From: Candidatus Algichlamydia australiensis | GTDB lineage: Bacteria; Chlamydiota; Chlamydiia; Chlamydiales; JAJFMI01 | Direction: 5' to 3' | Length of the DNA: 64,000 nucleotides | Assembly (NCBI GenBank): GCA_033977065.1 | Contig: JAXCHI010000004.1 | Coordinates: 1 to 64,000 of the forward strand | Part shown: positions 8,162 through 18,964 of the stretch, one piece after another | Numbering within the stretch: position 1 is the first letter of the stretch | Layout: each line of letters starts with the position of its first letter | Translations under genes and position numbers: made by a program | Notes under the pieces: model-generated | The model's input: only the letters and a program-made list of their open reading frames with translations | Databases searched by the model: none | What the model was told of the DNA's origin: nothing

Positions 8162-11059
8162 TCATTCTGTTGAGTCGCAGGCGATAGGACTGTTTTCTTT
8201 GCCAACATAAGTACCAATCTCTTTGAGGATGGGGGTGTTGACCATCTGGTATTTGAAGGTCTGATCGCGTGGCACTTTTCCTTTGTAGAAAAGGGCGATA
8301 CGGCGACGGTTTTTTCGAGAATAGAAGCTAAGAGCGTGGTCTTTGAGTTCTTTATAGGTTAAATTTTCTAGGGCAGCTATCTGCTTTTCTTTGTAGGCAA
8401 AGTCACCGTTTTTGTTAAAAGCTAGATTGTGCATGCGATCTGCATAGGCGCCGAGGTTAGTCGGAGGTTTTTTGAATTGCGAGATGAGGCTTGTTTTAAT
8501 TTTTTCAAATTGCTCGTAGGAAAACATCGTTTCAAAATCAATCACATAGGACTCTAAAAAGAGCTCATAACGAGAGAGCAGTTCATTCGGGTGGTGCGTT
8601 GTCGACTGTACGCAGAATGATTGCACAAGTTGTCCAGAAATCTCTTCAGGCCAACTTTTTACGATATAGCCAGTTTGCTGTTTTGTGCGCAGGTTTTCGT
8701 AGAAAGTTTGGTGCATGGCTGAGTTTAAAACAAGTTGTGCTGCACGCGTTTGTGGTGTTGAACGACCCTGTTCGACTAGAAGTATTGTCGCATTACTTTT
8801 ATGTGGGGTCTGTTTTTTGATAATGAAGGGACCTTTACCGCCTGTAAGCGAGAGATATTTAGTAGAAAGCTGGTTTTCTTTAGGGTAAGGGGTGTAGGTG
8901 ATGGTGTTGCGTAGGTTTTGCCAGATGAGTTGTGCGGTCTCTGCTTTTACATTTCCTACGATGGTTCCTTCAATATAACTTTGAGCAAAAAGTTTATTAT
9001 TAAAGGAGAGAAAGTCTTCATAAGAAATTTGCTTGAGCGCTTGCGCTTTTTGCCGTGAGTTAGGTGCATAATTTTTGACAATGCTTCCCATCTCTTCAAC
9101 GGATTGGCGAAAAAGTAGGTCATTTTCCTTTTGACTATAGGTACGCAGAAGCACGTCGCGATAGATTTCAAATTGATCGCGTGAGGGGGTTGTCTCTTTG
9201 AGCTTTTGTGTGACTTCTTGTAAGAGAAGTGGTGCTTTTTCTGAATAGCCAGAAATCTCTACCATTAGCCCAAGCTTTTGGGGAGAGATATCTGCATAGA
9301 GGCCTGCAGCGCTTGCATAAGAGAGGGGGTGAGAGAGCTCTTCTGTTACCGCGTAGCTGTAGAGGTCAAGAAGCGCCATCTGTCGCGGGCTGCCATCAAT
9401 TTCAGGACTTTTGAAATGAAATTTATAATCACTTTCTGGAACGCCGTATTCACCATCAGAAGTATAGTAAATTTTTCCATACGCATCATTAAAGAGTAGG
9501 GTAGGGGTCTCTTGTTTTGGGCTCTGCACAAGATGAAGGTGTTCAGGGAGGTAGGGGTTAGCGTGTGGTGCATGCAGCGAAGGATTTGGCTCAGCCTTAC
9601 TCCAAGCAGCAAGAAGTGTTGAGGGGATCGCTTTTATGGTGTACTCGCCTCCTAACCACTCCTCTTTTTTTTCAGGTTTTACACCTGTTAACTCCGGAGA
9701 AGCGATCACGTAATAAGCGCATGTTTGCGGTGTGAGATGGTCGAGAAGTCGCTGCATCTTTTCAGCATTGTAGGTGGTGGGGCGAACGGATTTTTGTGGG
9801 AAGGTCTCTACAGATTCATTGACAAGACATTCTGTCATTTTACGCACATAGTCAAAGGCTTCCATACGAGATTGGTGTGCGTAGTGAATCTCAGACATTT
9901 TTTGCATCTCATCAAAGAGGTAGGGATGGATTCCTTCAGCTTTTAGTGAGGCGAGCATTTCAAAAACGCGCTCTATTGCTTGGTCTGCATTTGAAATGCC
10001 ATATTTGGTTAGGTCGATATTGATTGTGAAGAGGGAGTGATCTTTTGTCTCTTGGTCGCGGTCTGCGTAAATAAATTCTGCAAGTTCCTCTTGTTTTAAT
10101 TTGCTTGTTAAGCTTCCTTTTGTGGTCGTGGAAAGAATGTAGGCTAAAAAGTTTGCTGTGTGGTTTTCTAGGTCGTCGCTGAGATCGGCTGGAAGGTCCC
10201 AAACTAAGCGAAGGGTGCGCAGGTCAGATATAGGTTTGATGTAGGTGATGTGGCCCTCTTGTGCGCTTGAGGTGAGCTTTCCAACATGGTCAGGTGCTAA
10301 AAGGGCTGTATTTTTAATTGGAGAGAAGTTCGCGACTACAAGTTTTTTTAATTCATCCATCTCCATTGCGGAGTAGACAACTAGACTCATTTGATTGGCG
10401 TTGTAGTGATTTTGGAACCAGGCGCGCAACTCATTAGGGGGGATTTTGCCTAGAGTCTCTGCTGTTCCACAGTTGTATTGTCTATTTGGATGATTCTGGT
10501 TTCCCGTCTCTTTAAAGATTAGGTACCACTGCCAGGGATCACTCTCTTTTGACTTTTCATGCTCTTGGTTAACAGCTTTAAGCTCACGACCCATGCCAGA
10601 CTGTTTGAAGAGGGGAGCGTGAAAAAACTGTGAGAATCTCTCGATAGCTCCAGGAAGATTTCGGTTGTTGATACAGAAATAATAGAGGGTAAGTTCTGCG
10701 GCTGTGTAGGCGTTGTTTTTTCCCCCATGATTGGCGATGTAAGTTGAGAAATCTGCTTCATCGGGAAAGGCTTCTGTTCCCAAAAAAAGCATGTGCTCTA
10801 AAAAGTGGGCCATCCCTGGATACTCTTTGGGATTGTGCCAAGATCCCGCATTGACTCCAAGAGCAGCTCCTGATTTGTCTGTCTTTGGATCAGAAATAAG
10901 GTAGGCTTCTAAGCCGTTATCAAGTCGTATTTTTGCTGTTTTACGCTCTTGTAGAGAGGGTGTTTCAATTTTAAGGGTGTTTTGGTCGGCAATATTTTGG
11001 AAGGGGGCGGCAGCAAATGATGAAGATATTATTAACGTACCTAGAAGGTTTTTTACCAT
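8162..11059 (-). CDS. ptr: Insulinase family (M16A) zinc metalloprotease
   Basis: GMAHFLEHMLFLG inverted HxxEH motif, LRTKQQTGY, signal peptide; next to plsB as in chlamydiae. Confidence 0.92.
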   Translation of the reverse strand: MVKNLLGTLIISSSFAAAPFQNIADQNTLKIETPSLQERKTAKIRLDNGLEAYLISDPKTDKSGAALGVNAGSWHNPKEYPGMAHFLEHMLFLGTEAFPDEADFSTYIANHGGKNNAYTAAELTLYYFCINNRNLPGAIERFSQFFHAPLFKQSGMGRELKAVNQEHEKSKESDPWQWYLIFKETGNQNHPNRQYNCGTAETLGKIPPNELRAWFQNHYNANQMSLVVYSAMEMDELKKLVVANFSPIKNTALLAPDHVGKLTSSAQEGHITYIKPISDLRTLRLVWDLPADLSDDLENHTANFLAYILSTTTKGSLTSKLKQEELAEFIYADRDQETKDHSLFTINIDLTKYGISNADQAIERVFEMLASLKAEGIHPYLFDEMQKMSEIHYAHQSRMEAFDYVRKMTECLVNESVETFPQKSVRPTTYNAEKMQRLLDHLTPQTCAYYVIASPELTGVKPEKKEEWLGGEYTIKAIPSTLLAAWSKAEPNPSLHAPHANPYLPEHLHLVQSPKQETPTLLFNDAYGKIYYTSDGEYGVPESDYKFHFKSPEIDGSPRQMALLDLYSYAVTEELSHPLSYASAAGLYADISPQKLGLMVEISGYSEKAPLLLQEVTQKLKETTPSRDQFEIYRDVLLRTYSQKENDLLFRQSVEEMGSIVKNYAPNSRQKAQALKQISYEDFLSFNNKLFAQSYIEGTIVGNVKAETAQLIWQNLRNTITYTPYPKENQLSTKYLSLTGGKGPFIIKKQTPHKSNATILLVEQGRSTPQTRAAQLVLNSAMHQTFYENLRTKQQTGYIVKSWPEEISGQLVQSFCVQSTTHHPNELLSRYELFLESYVIDFETMFSYEQFEKIKTSLISQFKKPPTNLGAYADRMHNLAFNKNGDFAYKEKQIAALENLTYKELKDHALSFYSRKNRRRIALFYKGKVPRDQTFKYQMVNTPILKEIGTYVGKENSPIACDSTE

Positions 11060-12064
11060 TTATTTGTCCTTGGGAAATAATTTGTATGTTTTGTCAACTA
11101 TATCCCATATATAATTTGCGCGATTTTGGCGTCTAGCTTGTTTATTGCTTTCATCGCTTCCTGGAAAGCTCTCCATGTCAATTTCATCTCCAAAGCCAAG
11201 GTGCACCGGTCCTCCAATTGTGATGCGTCTTTCTCCTAAGTCTTTTTCTAGAGTATCAGGTGGCGGTAAGATAAGGTAAGTATCCATGGTTAAAGAAAAA
11301 AAGTGAACAGGAGTTTTCGCTTTTTTTGCCATAAGGTAGAACATTTCAATGCTTTTTGGGTCGAATGGGGCGATGGCAATCTCTCCTTTTTCATCTGGAC
11401 GATCGCGGCCTCCACTAGGAGCAACATAGATGCATTTTCCTCCTTCTGTAAGAAGTTCTCGCATTTTTTCCATCGTCTCTTTGTTATGGAGTTGTTTGCG
11501 GTGCTGCTCTTCGGGAGGGTTTTCAATATGTTTTTTTGAGTAGATGCAGAGTAGATTACACCCTAAGCTAAAGGGGATTGCAACAGGGTCTTTAATGACA
11601 CGCTCACCTGCGACAAGAATCAGATTTTGGGCAAGCTCTGGGTATGTCTCTTTGAGCATTACACTCCAAATTTGTGGGTCTGACTCTGTTTGGTGGTTCG
11701 CTAAGAGGATGACATTTTCCCCCCTCTTTGTGAATTCATCTATTTTTTTGAGGTTTTCTTCACCTGTAATTGTCGATTTTTCAAGGTCAATTAGCGGCTC
11801 AATGAAATCAATTCCAAATTGATGGTAGTCAAATGGTTTGCGAACAGATTTGTGATAGAGAGCAAACTGATAAGGGTGGGTGAAATGTTCGATAGCAGCG
11901 TGCAAAAAATTAAGAAAGTTCTTTTGCGTCAGCTCATCTGAAAAGCCGCGTTTTTTGAGGACTTGTGCGTAAGATGAGGCAAATCCCTCCAAGATTTCTT
12001 GAGAGCGCTTGGGTATTTCTTGTTTACGGATTAAATTAAGCAAATCTTTCATACTATACCTCAA
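11060..12064 (-). CDS. plsB: Glycerol-3-phosphate acyltransferase (plastid/chlamydial type)
   Basis: LLANHQTESDP (HxxxxD), YVAPSGGRDRP. Confidence 0.9.
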   Translation of the reverse strand: MRYSMKDLLNLIRKQEIPKRSQEILEGFASSYAQVLKKRGFSDELTQKNFLNFLHAAIEHFTHPYQFALYHKSVRKPFDYHQFGIDFIEPLIDLEKSTITGEENLKKIDEFTKRGENVILLANHQTESDPQIWSVMLKETYPELAQNLILVAGERVIKDPVAIPFSLGCNLLCIYSKKHIENPPEEQHRKQLHNKETMEKMRELLTEGGKCIYVAPSGGRDRPDEKGEIAIAPFDPKSIEMFYLMAKKAKTPVHFFSLTMDTYLILPPPDTLEKDLGERRITIGGPVHLGFGDEIDMESFPGSDESNKQARRQNRANYIWDIVDKTYKLFPKDK

Positions 12065-13604
12065 GTAGTTCGCCGTTTAAGGAGGAATGGAAGGTAAAAT
12101 CGTTGAGGTGCAGGGAGTCATCTGTCGTAAATTCAATTGCTCCGTTTAGCTCTTCTGCGAGTTTTTTCAGGTGGTTTTTATCGGTTGGAGAGATGTATTC
12201 GTCAAGCAGGGGATGGATGTTTAGGCGTAGAGCATACTGTTTTTGTGCTAAAATTAATTTTTTCATAGAGCGTTCAATTTCAATTGCAACGCTCTCATGG
12301 GATTTGATCATGCCCGATCCACTGCAATAAGGGCAGGGGGTAAAGAGGGTTTGCTCTAAAGATTCCCGTGATCTCTGGCGTGTCATCTCGACAAGTCCAA
12401 ACTCGCTCATGCCTAAAATTGTACAGCGCGCAGAGTCCTCTTTCATAGCATCTTTGAGTTTATCCAGAACGCGACGCTGATTTTTACGCGACCGCATATC
12501 GATAAAATCACAAATCACAAGTCCGCCGATATTGCGCAGACGCAGCTGGCGAGAGGTCTCAACTGCTGCTTCCATGTTAATGCGTACCAAATTTTCTTCT
12601 ACGCTTGAGACGGATTTCTCACTTTTACTTTTACTGCGACCTGAGTTGACATCGATAGTTGTCATCGCTTCTGTGCGATCGATAAAAATATAGCCGCCAC
12701 TTGGAAGCCAAACTTTACGCTTGAGAGCTTTATCGATCTCACGCTCGACCATAAAGCGCTCAAACATCGGCACTTTATCGCGATAAAGTTCAATTTTTAA
12801 GGGGTGTTCAGAAGAGTAGCTCGAATAAATTTTCTTGCAAATTTGATGTGTTTGTTGATCATCAACCAAGATGCGGTCATATTTTTTATCAACGGCAAGG
12901 AGAATAGCGCGTTTGATAATATCGCTCTCTTGGTAGAGGAGGGCGGGACCATCGGCTTTGTTGAATTTCTCTACAATATTTTGCCAGTTGCGATAGAGGT
13001 CATGCGCTTCATCAATCAACTGATCTGTTGTTGCACCAATGCAGGCAGTGCGGCAGATAAGTCCCATATCTGAGGGCATCTCAAAAGATTTAATGATTTT
13101 TTTTAACTTGTCGCGCACTTTTCGGTCTGTGATTTTGCGAGAGACACCGCGATGAGGAGCGTTCGGGAGAAGGACAAGAAAACGTCCCGCTAAAGAGATA
13201 TTTGAGGTCAATCGTGCCCCTTTGGTGCCCATGGCCTCTTTGACAACTTGAACAAGTACTGGCTGGTCTTTTTTAAAAAGATCACTAATATCAGCATTTT
13301 TTTTGCTCTCATCCTCTTCCACTTCAAAGTCGAGTTCGTACATCTCTTGAAACTTTTTGGTGTTTTCAATGATGTCTGAGATGTGAATAAATCCGTTTGT
13401 ACTCTCTTTGATGTCAATGAAAGCAGATTGGATATTGCGCAGGATATTGGTGACTTTTCCGCGGTAAATATTTCCTGTTAGTTGGCGGCTGGTATTTCTT
13501 TCTACAATGAGATTGTTGAGCTTGCCTTGCTTCAACATGGCAACGCGTGTCTCTTTTGGCTCTACATTGAGGAGAATCTCTTTATTTCGATCTTGTTTTT
13601 CCAT
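12054..13604 (-). CDS. rng: Rne/Rng family ribonuclease
   Basis: S1 domain GNIYRGKV, TIDVNSG, LRLRNIGGLVICDFIDM, CPYCSGSG. Confidence 0.93.
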   Translation of the reverse strand: MEKQDRNKEILLNVEPKETRVAMLKQGKLNNLIVERNTSRQLTGNIYRGKVTNILRNIQSAFIDIKESTNGFIHISDIIENTKKFQEMYELDFEVEEDESKKNADISDLFKKDQPVLVQVVKEAMGTKGARLTSNISLAGRFLVLLPNAPHRGVSRKITDRKVRDKLKKIIKSFEMPSDMGLICRTACIGATTDQLIDEAHDLYRNWQNIVEKFNKADGPALLYQESDIIKRAILLAVDKKYDRILVDDQQTHQICKKIYSSYSSEHPLKIELYRDKVPMFERFMVEREIDKALKRKVWLPSGGYIFIDRTEAMTTIDVNSGRSKSKSEKSVSSVEENLVRINMEAAVETSRQLRLRNIGGLVICDFIDMRSRKNQRRVLDKLKDAMKEDSARCTILGMSEFGLVEMTRQRSRESLEQTLFTPCPYCSGSGMIKSHESVAIEIERSMKKLILAQKQYALRLNIHPLLDEYISPTDKNHLKKLAEELNGAIEFTTDDSLHLNDFTFHSSLNGELLEV

Positions 13605-13607
13605 TAT

Positions 13608-14525
13608 TTATCTTTTGAGCTCGCTTTTGAGCTTGTTTAGGAAGTTTCCGTTGGTGAGGTTTGCAGCTAGTTTGACGCCATTTTTTAAGGCTTTGGGGTC
13701 GGCACTTCCGTGACATTTGATCACGATTCCATCAACTCCGCATACAAGAGCGCCTGTAGCTGTTTTCTCAATTAATTTTTTTGGTTTTTCTGCCATCTGC
13801 TCTATGAGCATGGCAGCTACTCCTTCGGCTGTTTTTAAAAATACATTTCCTGTAAATCCGTCGGTGACAAGTACATCTACTTTCCCTTCAAAGGCGTGAG
13901 AGCCTTCAATATTTCCTACAAACTCGGGAAGATTTTTGAGTTGACTATACGCTTTTTTGAGCGCGTCATGTCCTTTGTACTCTTCAGTTCCAATATTTAA
14001 TAATCCGATTTTGGGTTGTTTGTTCCCACTAGCGTACTGGTAAGCAAGGCCCATTTTTGCGGAAGCGAGAAGCTGTTTCGTATCTGCTTCTGTGGAAGCA
14101 CCTGCATCGATCAGGGCAAGAGGATTTTTTTTGGTTGGAAGAAGAGCAAGGAGAGCGGGCATGCTAATCGATTCAATGCGGCCCAAAGTTAAGGTCGATG
14201 AGGCGATAAGAGCTCCGGTGTTTCCTGTAGAGACAAAAGCATCAATTTTCCCCTCTTTCAGCGCTTTGATTCCAAGGATCATCGAGGCGTTCGGTTTTTG
14301 CCTCACCGCTTTTAGAGGATCATCTGCCATCTCAATGAGATCAGCTGCAACTACAGGGGTGAGCGAGACGCTTCCACAATTTTGTGGAAGTTTGCTGAGC
14401 ACCTCTTTACTTGCGAAAATTGTGAGCTTAAGTGGGGAGTCTGATTCGCGCGCAAGCTCGTCTATAGCCTGAATTAGCAACGCGGGAGACGTCTCGCCTC
14501 CCATCAGATCGATGCCGATTTGCAT
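13608..14525 (-). CDS. plsX: Phosphate acyltransferase PlsX
   Basis: IGIDLMGGE, VSTGNTGAL, LLNIGTEEYKG, VTDGFTGNVFLKTAEG, IKCHGS. Confidence 0.95.
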   Translation of the reverse strand: MQIGIDLMGGETSPALLIQAIDELARESDSPLKLTIFASKEVLSKLPQNCGSVSLTPVVAADLIEMADDPLKAVRQKPNASMILGIKALKEGKIDAFVSTGNTGALIASSTLTLGRIESISMPALLALLPTKKNPLALIDAGASTEADTKQLLASAKMGLAYQYASGNKQPKIGLLNIGTEEYKGHDALKKAYSQLKNLPEFVGNIEGSHAFEGKVDVLVTDGFTGNVFLKTAEGVAAMLIEQMAEKPKKLIEKTATGALVCGVDGIVIKCHGSADPKALKNGVKLAANLTNGNFLNKLKSELKR

Positions 14526-14530
14526 CGTTT

Positions 14531-14716
14531 TTACTCTTCAGTTTTTGCAGCAAATAGAGATCTGCCGCCGTAATAGCCGCAAGCGGAGCAAACCCTGTGG
14601 GGTTGGTGGGTTTTGCCGCAATTTTTGCAGATGGAGAGAGTTTTTGGTTGTTTTGCGTGATGAGCACGTCGAGTATTTTTTCTCATATTCGACATACGAC
14701 TTCTTGGCACTGCCAT
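14531..14716 (-). CDS. rpmF: 50S ribosomal protein L32
   Basis: MAVPRSRMS; CxxC...HRVCxxCGYY. Confidence 0.96.
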   Translation of the reverse strand: MAVPRSRMSNMRKNTRRAHHAKQPKTLSICKNCGKTHQPHRVCSACGYYGGRSLFAAKTEE

Positions 14717-14758
14717 GGGAATACCTCTAAAACTTTATTTTGCTATAAGCATAGCACA

Positions 14759-15163
14759 TTAAGAGTTTCCAAGAAAGCCTTTTAAGAGGAGTCTTTCTGG
14801 ACAATTTTCTTGACACTCTGCGAACTGGGGAACTTCTAAAACAATATTTTCAATTAGCAGAGGTGTGGGATCATAAACGCGGCTGCGGATGTTCTCAAGT
14901 GCCTCAGCATGAGTCTGTTTCTGAATGTTTATCGCAATATCTGTCCACTCATTACAAATTTTACATGGTATTTGTGCTGTTGTCTGAATATCCATGGATA
15001 AGATTAGATGGTCATCAGTTGTATAAGCACAAATTTGAAAACGAACGAGGGTAGCAAAGCGCAAGCTCTCATCAATAAGCTCTAACTCTTCTGCTGTGCA
15101 GCTGCAAGAAAATTTTTGAGTTTCCCCGTTTCGCAACCGATCTACATAAATTTTCTTATCCAT
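14759..15163 (-). CDS. YceD/DUF177 family protein
   Basis: PCKICNE and EC...CP motifs; canonical position upstream of rpmF. Confidence 0.75.
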   Translation of the reverse strand: MDKKIYVDRLRNGETQKFSCSCTAEELELIDESLRFATLVRFQICAYTTDDHLILSMDIQTTAQIPCKICNEWTDIAINIQKQTHAEALENIRSRVYDPTPLLIENIVLEVPQFAECQENCPERLLLKGFLGNS

Positions 15164-15186
15164 GCAGATATTCTATCACAAAGAAC

Positions 15187-15819
15187 TTATTTTTGTGCTA
15201 CGCAGTGACAGGTTCTAGCAAAATTTTGATTCATCGTTTTAAAATCAAATTGTTCAAACCATTGGATTGAAAAATTTTCTAATAATTTCATAATCCACTG
15301 TGTAGTATGGTGCCTCACTGCAATTCCTTCGCTGGTAGTATAGATGCCTCTCTCCTGAAAATCCTCAAACCCTTTCTTGTATTTGTCTGTGTAGCGGGGG
15401 TGGTCAGTAATCATGAAGTCAGAAAGATACAAAACCCCTCCTGGTTTTAGGATCCTTTGCATCTCTTTCACAATTTTGGTCTGTTCCTCTTTAGCAACAG
15501 TGCAGCATAAAATTGTCGATAGGATGACAAGGTCACAAGCTTCATCTTCGAGGGGAACTTTTCCACTCTCTTTGATGCACGTGAGGTTAAGGTCGGGGTG
15601 CGCGCTTTTTCCTCTTTCAATCATTTTGGGAGCAAAGTCAAAGCCGTAAAGATTTGTATAGCCTTCAGATTTTAGAAATTGCAGAAGGCGTCCATAGCCG
15701 CACCCATACTCCACAATTTTTGAGTGGTGATGGATATAAGGCTTAATTTTTTCTAAATAGAGGGGATCTTCAAAATCTTTTTGGGATCCCACTTCATTCC
15801 AGTAAGTTTGTGCTTCCAT
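15187..15819 (-). CDS. Class I SAM-dependent methyltransferase
   Basis: IVEYGCGYGR, GFDFAPKM, RILKPGGVLYL. Confidence 0.9.
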   Translation of the reverse strand: MEAQTYWNEVGSQKDFEDPLYLEKIKPYIHHHSKIVEYGCGYGRLLQFLKSEGYTNLYGFDFAPKMIERGKSAHPDLNLTCIKESGKVPLEDEACDLVILSTILCCTVAKEEQTKIVKEMQRILKPGGVLYLSDFMITDHPRYTDKYKKGFEDFQERGIYTTSEGIAVRHHTTQWIMKLLENFSIQWFEQFDFKTMNQNFARTCHCVAQK

Positions 15820-15829
15820 GAGTAACTCT

Positions 15830-17767
15830 TTAGTTATTATTTGAGTCGACAGGGATTTTTGCTGAGGAGTTTTCTACGCTTTTACCAATAGGCTCGGCTC
15901 TCCCTCCAAGGTGCTTAGCAAGAAAATCTTCCATAATCGCACAACTAGCAATGCGATTTTTCGCGATGCGAAAGCCGTGTCCCTCATCCGGAAAGACAAC
16001 ATAGGAGACGGGAATCGATTTTTCTACCATAGCTTGGACAATTTGTTCGCTTTCAGCCATTTTGACTCGTGGATCATTTTGTCCCTGCATAATAAGAAGG
16101 GGTCTTTCAATTTTGTCTACATAGGTGAGGGGGGATATAGAGTCCATAAACTCCTTATTGCCAGGAGGACCAACGCGCAGTTCCCACTCTTTGAGAAAAG
16201 CTTTCCAATAGGGCGGGATGGACTCAATAAGAGTTTGTAGATGTGAGGGGCCCACAATATCAATTCCTGCGGCAAAAAGTTTAGGTGTTTTTGTTAATCC
16301 TACAAGCGTGGCATAGCCGCCGTAACTTCCTCCAAAGATGGCAATTTTTTTAGGGTCTGCAATGCCATTTTCAATCGCCCAATAGACCGCATCTTCAAGG
16401 TCATCTTGCATTTTTTTTGCCCACTGCCCATTCCCTGCATTGAGAAAGGCTTTCCCAAATCCTGTTGAACCGCGAAAGTTTACGCTTAGGACAGCGTAGC
16501 CGCGGTTTGCCAGCCACTGGTGATAGGGGTGATATTCAAAATAATCGCGTGCCCAGGGGCCTCCATGCACCATAAGGACCATTGGTACGGGCCCTTTTGT
16601 GTTTGTAGGTTTGGTTAGATAGGAGACAAGTGGGAGAGAGTCACGCGCCTTAATAATATGAATCTCTTTATCTTGGAGTGGTTGTGTCGAGAGCTCTTTG
16701 TATCCTGAAAAGAGGAACTCTGTCTTTTGGGTCTTTTTGTTGTAGAGATAATATTCGGGAAGACTCTTATCTGAGACAAAGGAGGTAAGTACAAAAGGAT
16801 GGTGAGGGCTCTCTTGTAACCAAAGAATACTTTTCCCTTCACCTAAAGCTGAAATATTTTTCCAATGTTTTTCAAACGTGGGATTAATGAGGTGAGTTTT
16901 TTGCTTTTCATAGTAGGTAGTAACAATTTTTGGTTGATAAGTTTTTTCATCAATGAAGATTTTATCTACTTCCTCTTTTTCTGAAGAAAAAACCTGTCTG
17001 ATCGATTTATCTGTAAAAGAGTAGGCTTTTAGGCTTGTCTTATCACTGTTTTTTGAGTCCACAAAGAAGAACTCGTTACTCTCTTTAGAAAAAGAGAGTA
17101 GTGATGTACTTCGCGAATCTTCCATGCTATAGCTCTGCAGAATTTGGAAATCTTTGTCATTGGGCTCTTTCACATGTAATTCAATGCTTCCCTCATCGTT
17201 CCAAGAGATTGCTGCACGTAGTGAAAGGGAGTCATCTGCAAGAAATTTTTTATAGCTATTCTTATTTTGATAAACCATCTCTTTTTTTCCGGTCTCTAAA
17301 TTGATGCGGTGAACATCAAACTCAGATGGATCGCGCTCATTTAAGAGAACCAAAATCTCACTTGGAAATTTTTCGCTTAACTGAAGAATAAAAGCTTTTG
17401 TTTCAGGTTGTGGTGTAAGACAAACTGTCTCATTAGTGGAAAGATCAAGAGAGAAAAGGTGGTCATTTTCGTCGCCGCCATTATCGCAAAGGTAGAGGAG
17501 ATACTTCCCATCGGTGGACCAGGTGTATCCTGAAATAGGGCGATGGGATAGAAAAGTTACAGGATGATCGTCCTCTTTTCCTAAGGTTTTGACCCAAATA
17601 TTTAGGACGCCATTGTAGGAAGAGAGGTAGGAGAGATGTTTGCCGTCCGGGTTGATAGAAACGCTTGTTTTTTCAGGGTCTGCAAAGAGTGTTTCACGGG
17701 GAATTAGAGGTGTCTGTGCGTTTAAGCAAAATAGAGAAAGCAGCGAAACAAGTAGAACTTTTTTCAT
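15830..17767 (-). CDS. S9 family (prolyl oligopeptidase-like) peptidase with signal peptide
   Basis: VHGGPW, GGSYGGY nucleophile, QGQNDPRV, DEGHGF. Confidence 0.93.
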   Translation of the reverse strand: MKKVLLVSLLSLFCLNAQTPLIPRETLFADPEKTSVSINPDGKHLSYLSSYNGVLNIWVKTLGKEDDHPVTFLSHRPISGYTWSTDGKYLLYLCDNGGDENDHLFSLDLSTNETVCLTPQPETKAFILQLSEKFPSEILVLLNERDPSEFDVHRINLETGKKEMVYQNKNSYKKFLADDSLSLRAAISWNDEGSIELHVKEPNDKDFQILQSYSMEDSRSTSLLSFSKESNEFFFVDSKNSDKTSLKAYSFTDKSIRQVFSSEKEEVDKIFIDEKTYQPKIVTTYYEKQKTHLINPTFEKHWKNISALGEGKSILWLQESPHHPFVLTSFVSDKSLPEYYLYNKKTQKTEFLFSGYKELSTQPLQDKEIHIIKARDSLPLVSYLTKPTNTKGPVPMVLMVHGGPWARDYFEYHPYHQWLANRGYAVLSVNFRGSTGFGKAFLNAGNGQWAKKMQDDLEDAVYWAIENGIADPKKIAIFGGSYGGYATLVGLTKTPKLFAAGIDIVGPSHLQTLIESIPPYWKAFLKEWELRVGPPGNKEFMDSISPLTYVDKIERPLLIMQGQNDPRVKMAESEQIVQAMVEKSIPVSYVVFPDEGHGFRIAKNRIASCAIMEDFLAKHLGGRAEPIGKSVENSSAKIPVDSNNN

Positions 17768-18819
17768 AAAAGAATTCCTTTAAAGTCAGGGTTGTTTTTA
17801 TCTTGTACAAGAGCATGGACTCTTTCACATTTTTTCACAATTCTAGTTTGAGTAGAGAGGATTTTTTTAAGCTCTTTGGTTAGGTTTTCCTCTGTGAAGT
17901 TGGGACCGTAGAGCTCAGGAAAGATTCTCTCTTTTGCGATAATGTTAGGAAGGGAGAAGTGGGGCATGCGTATGCGCAAGAGATCTCTTGCGATAAAGAG
18001 ATCGAGCGGTTTGATGGCAAAGGTCACAACTGTTGGGACACGATGGAGGGCAAGCTCTAAATTTACCGTTCCAGATGTGGCAATGGCAGCTTGCGATTTT
18101 TGCATCAATTCATACCGTTTTTCTTTAGAGAAAATTTCGATGTCGGGCGCAATTTTTGTGACGAGGGGGCGCATCTTTTCATCGGATAAAGAGATAGCGA
18201 TCGGGTAAGGAGAGATCTCTTTGGCAACGCGAATTTGTAGGGGGAGATTGCGCTCTATTTCTGTTTGCCGACTACCGGGAAAGATGGAGAGATACTCTTT
18301 TTTTTCATTTGTCGTTTCGATTTTTTCTAGCAGGGGATGGCCAATATATTCTACTCGAATGTCACGGCCTTCAAAGCACTCTTTTTCAAAGGGTAAAATC
18401 GAGAGAAGCAGATCGAAATTTTTCTCCAATGTTTTGATGCGTCCTTTTCGCCACGCCCAGACAGAGGGACAGACGTACTGGACGATTTTTCCATTGTAGC
18501 CTTTTTTGCGTAGCGATCGTCCAAGAGCTAAGTTAAAGTCGGAGTAGTCGATTAAAATGACGGTTTTTGGGTTTTTCTCCAGGATAGCCTGGCGCGCTCG
18601 CTTAAAGTATTTGTAGATGCGAGGAAGGGAGCCTAGGACATCGATAAAGCCCATAGTTTCCAGTTTTTCCATGGGAAAAAGGACTTCTACTTTTTCTTTT
18701 CGCATCTGAGGGCCCGCAACAGCTAGAATTTTTTTGTCGGAAAGTTTGCGGATGAGCTCTGCGCCTAGGTTATCGCCGCTTACTTCTCCTGCAAGAATAA
18801 AAAGATCCACACCCATCAT
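17764..18819 (-). CDS. lpxB: Lipid-A-disaccharide synthase
   Basis: AGEVSGD, IDYSDFN, YVCPSVWAWR, PGSR, SGTVNLELAL. The real start is 18819 or 18816; the longer ORF reads through an inserted element. Confidence 0.92.
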   Translation of the reverse strand: MMGVDLFILAGEVSGDNLGAELIRKLSDKKILAVAGPQMRKEKVEVLFPMEKLETMGFIDVLGSLPRIYKYFKRARQAILEKNPKTVILIDYSDFNLALGRSLRKKGYNGKIVQYVCPSVWAWRKGRIKTLEKNFDLLLSILPFEKECFEGRDIRVEYIGHPLLEKIETTNEKKEYLSIFPGSRQTEIERNLPLQIRVAKEISPYPIAISLSDEKMRPLVTKIAPDIEIFSKEKRYELMQKSQAAIATSGTVNLELALHRVPTVVTFAIKPLDLFIARDLLRIRMPHFSLPNIIAKERIFPELYGPNFTEENLTKELKKILSTQTRIVKKCERVHALVQDKNNPDFKGILL

Positions 18820-18963
18820 AGCTTCCTTTTTTCCTCTATGTGAAGGTTCTTTTCGCGAGCTGCAAAATCCCTCTTCTTGGAAATGTTTCATAAACATTCC
18901 CTTCGAAGAGGTATTTTGCATCTCATCAAAAATCTCCCTCCCCATAGAGGAAAACTGGTAGCG
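18820..18963. mobile_element. 144-bp palindromic miniature element at the hydrolase-lpxB junction
   Basis: tttcctctatg / catagaggaaa; tgcaaaatccctcttc / gaagaggtattttgca; aatgttt-cat-aaacatt apex; ATCAT direct repeats at 18815-18819 and 18964-18968. Confidence 0.8.
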
Positions 18964-18964
18964 A

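Noticed and set aside
18820..18945. N-terminal extension of LpxB
   Set aside because: Lies inside a palindromic element flanked by ATCAT repeats
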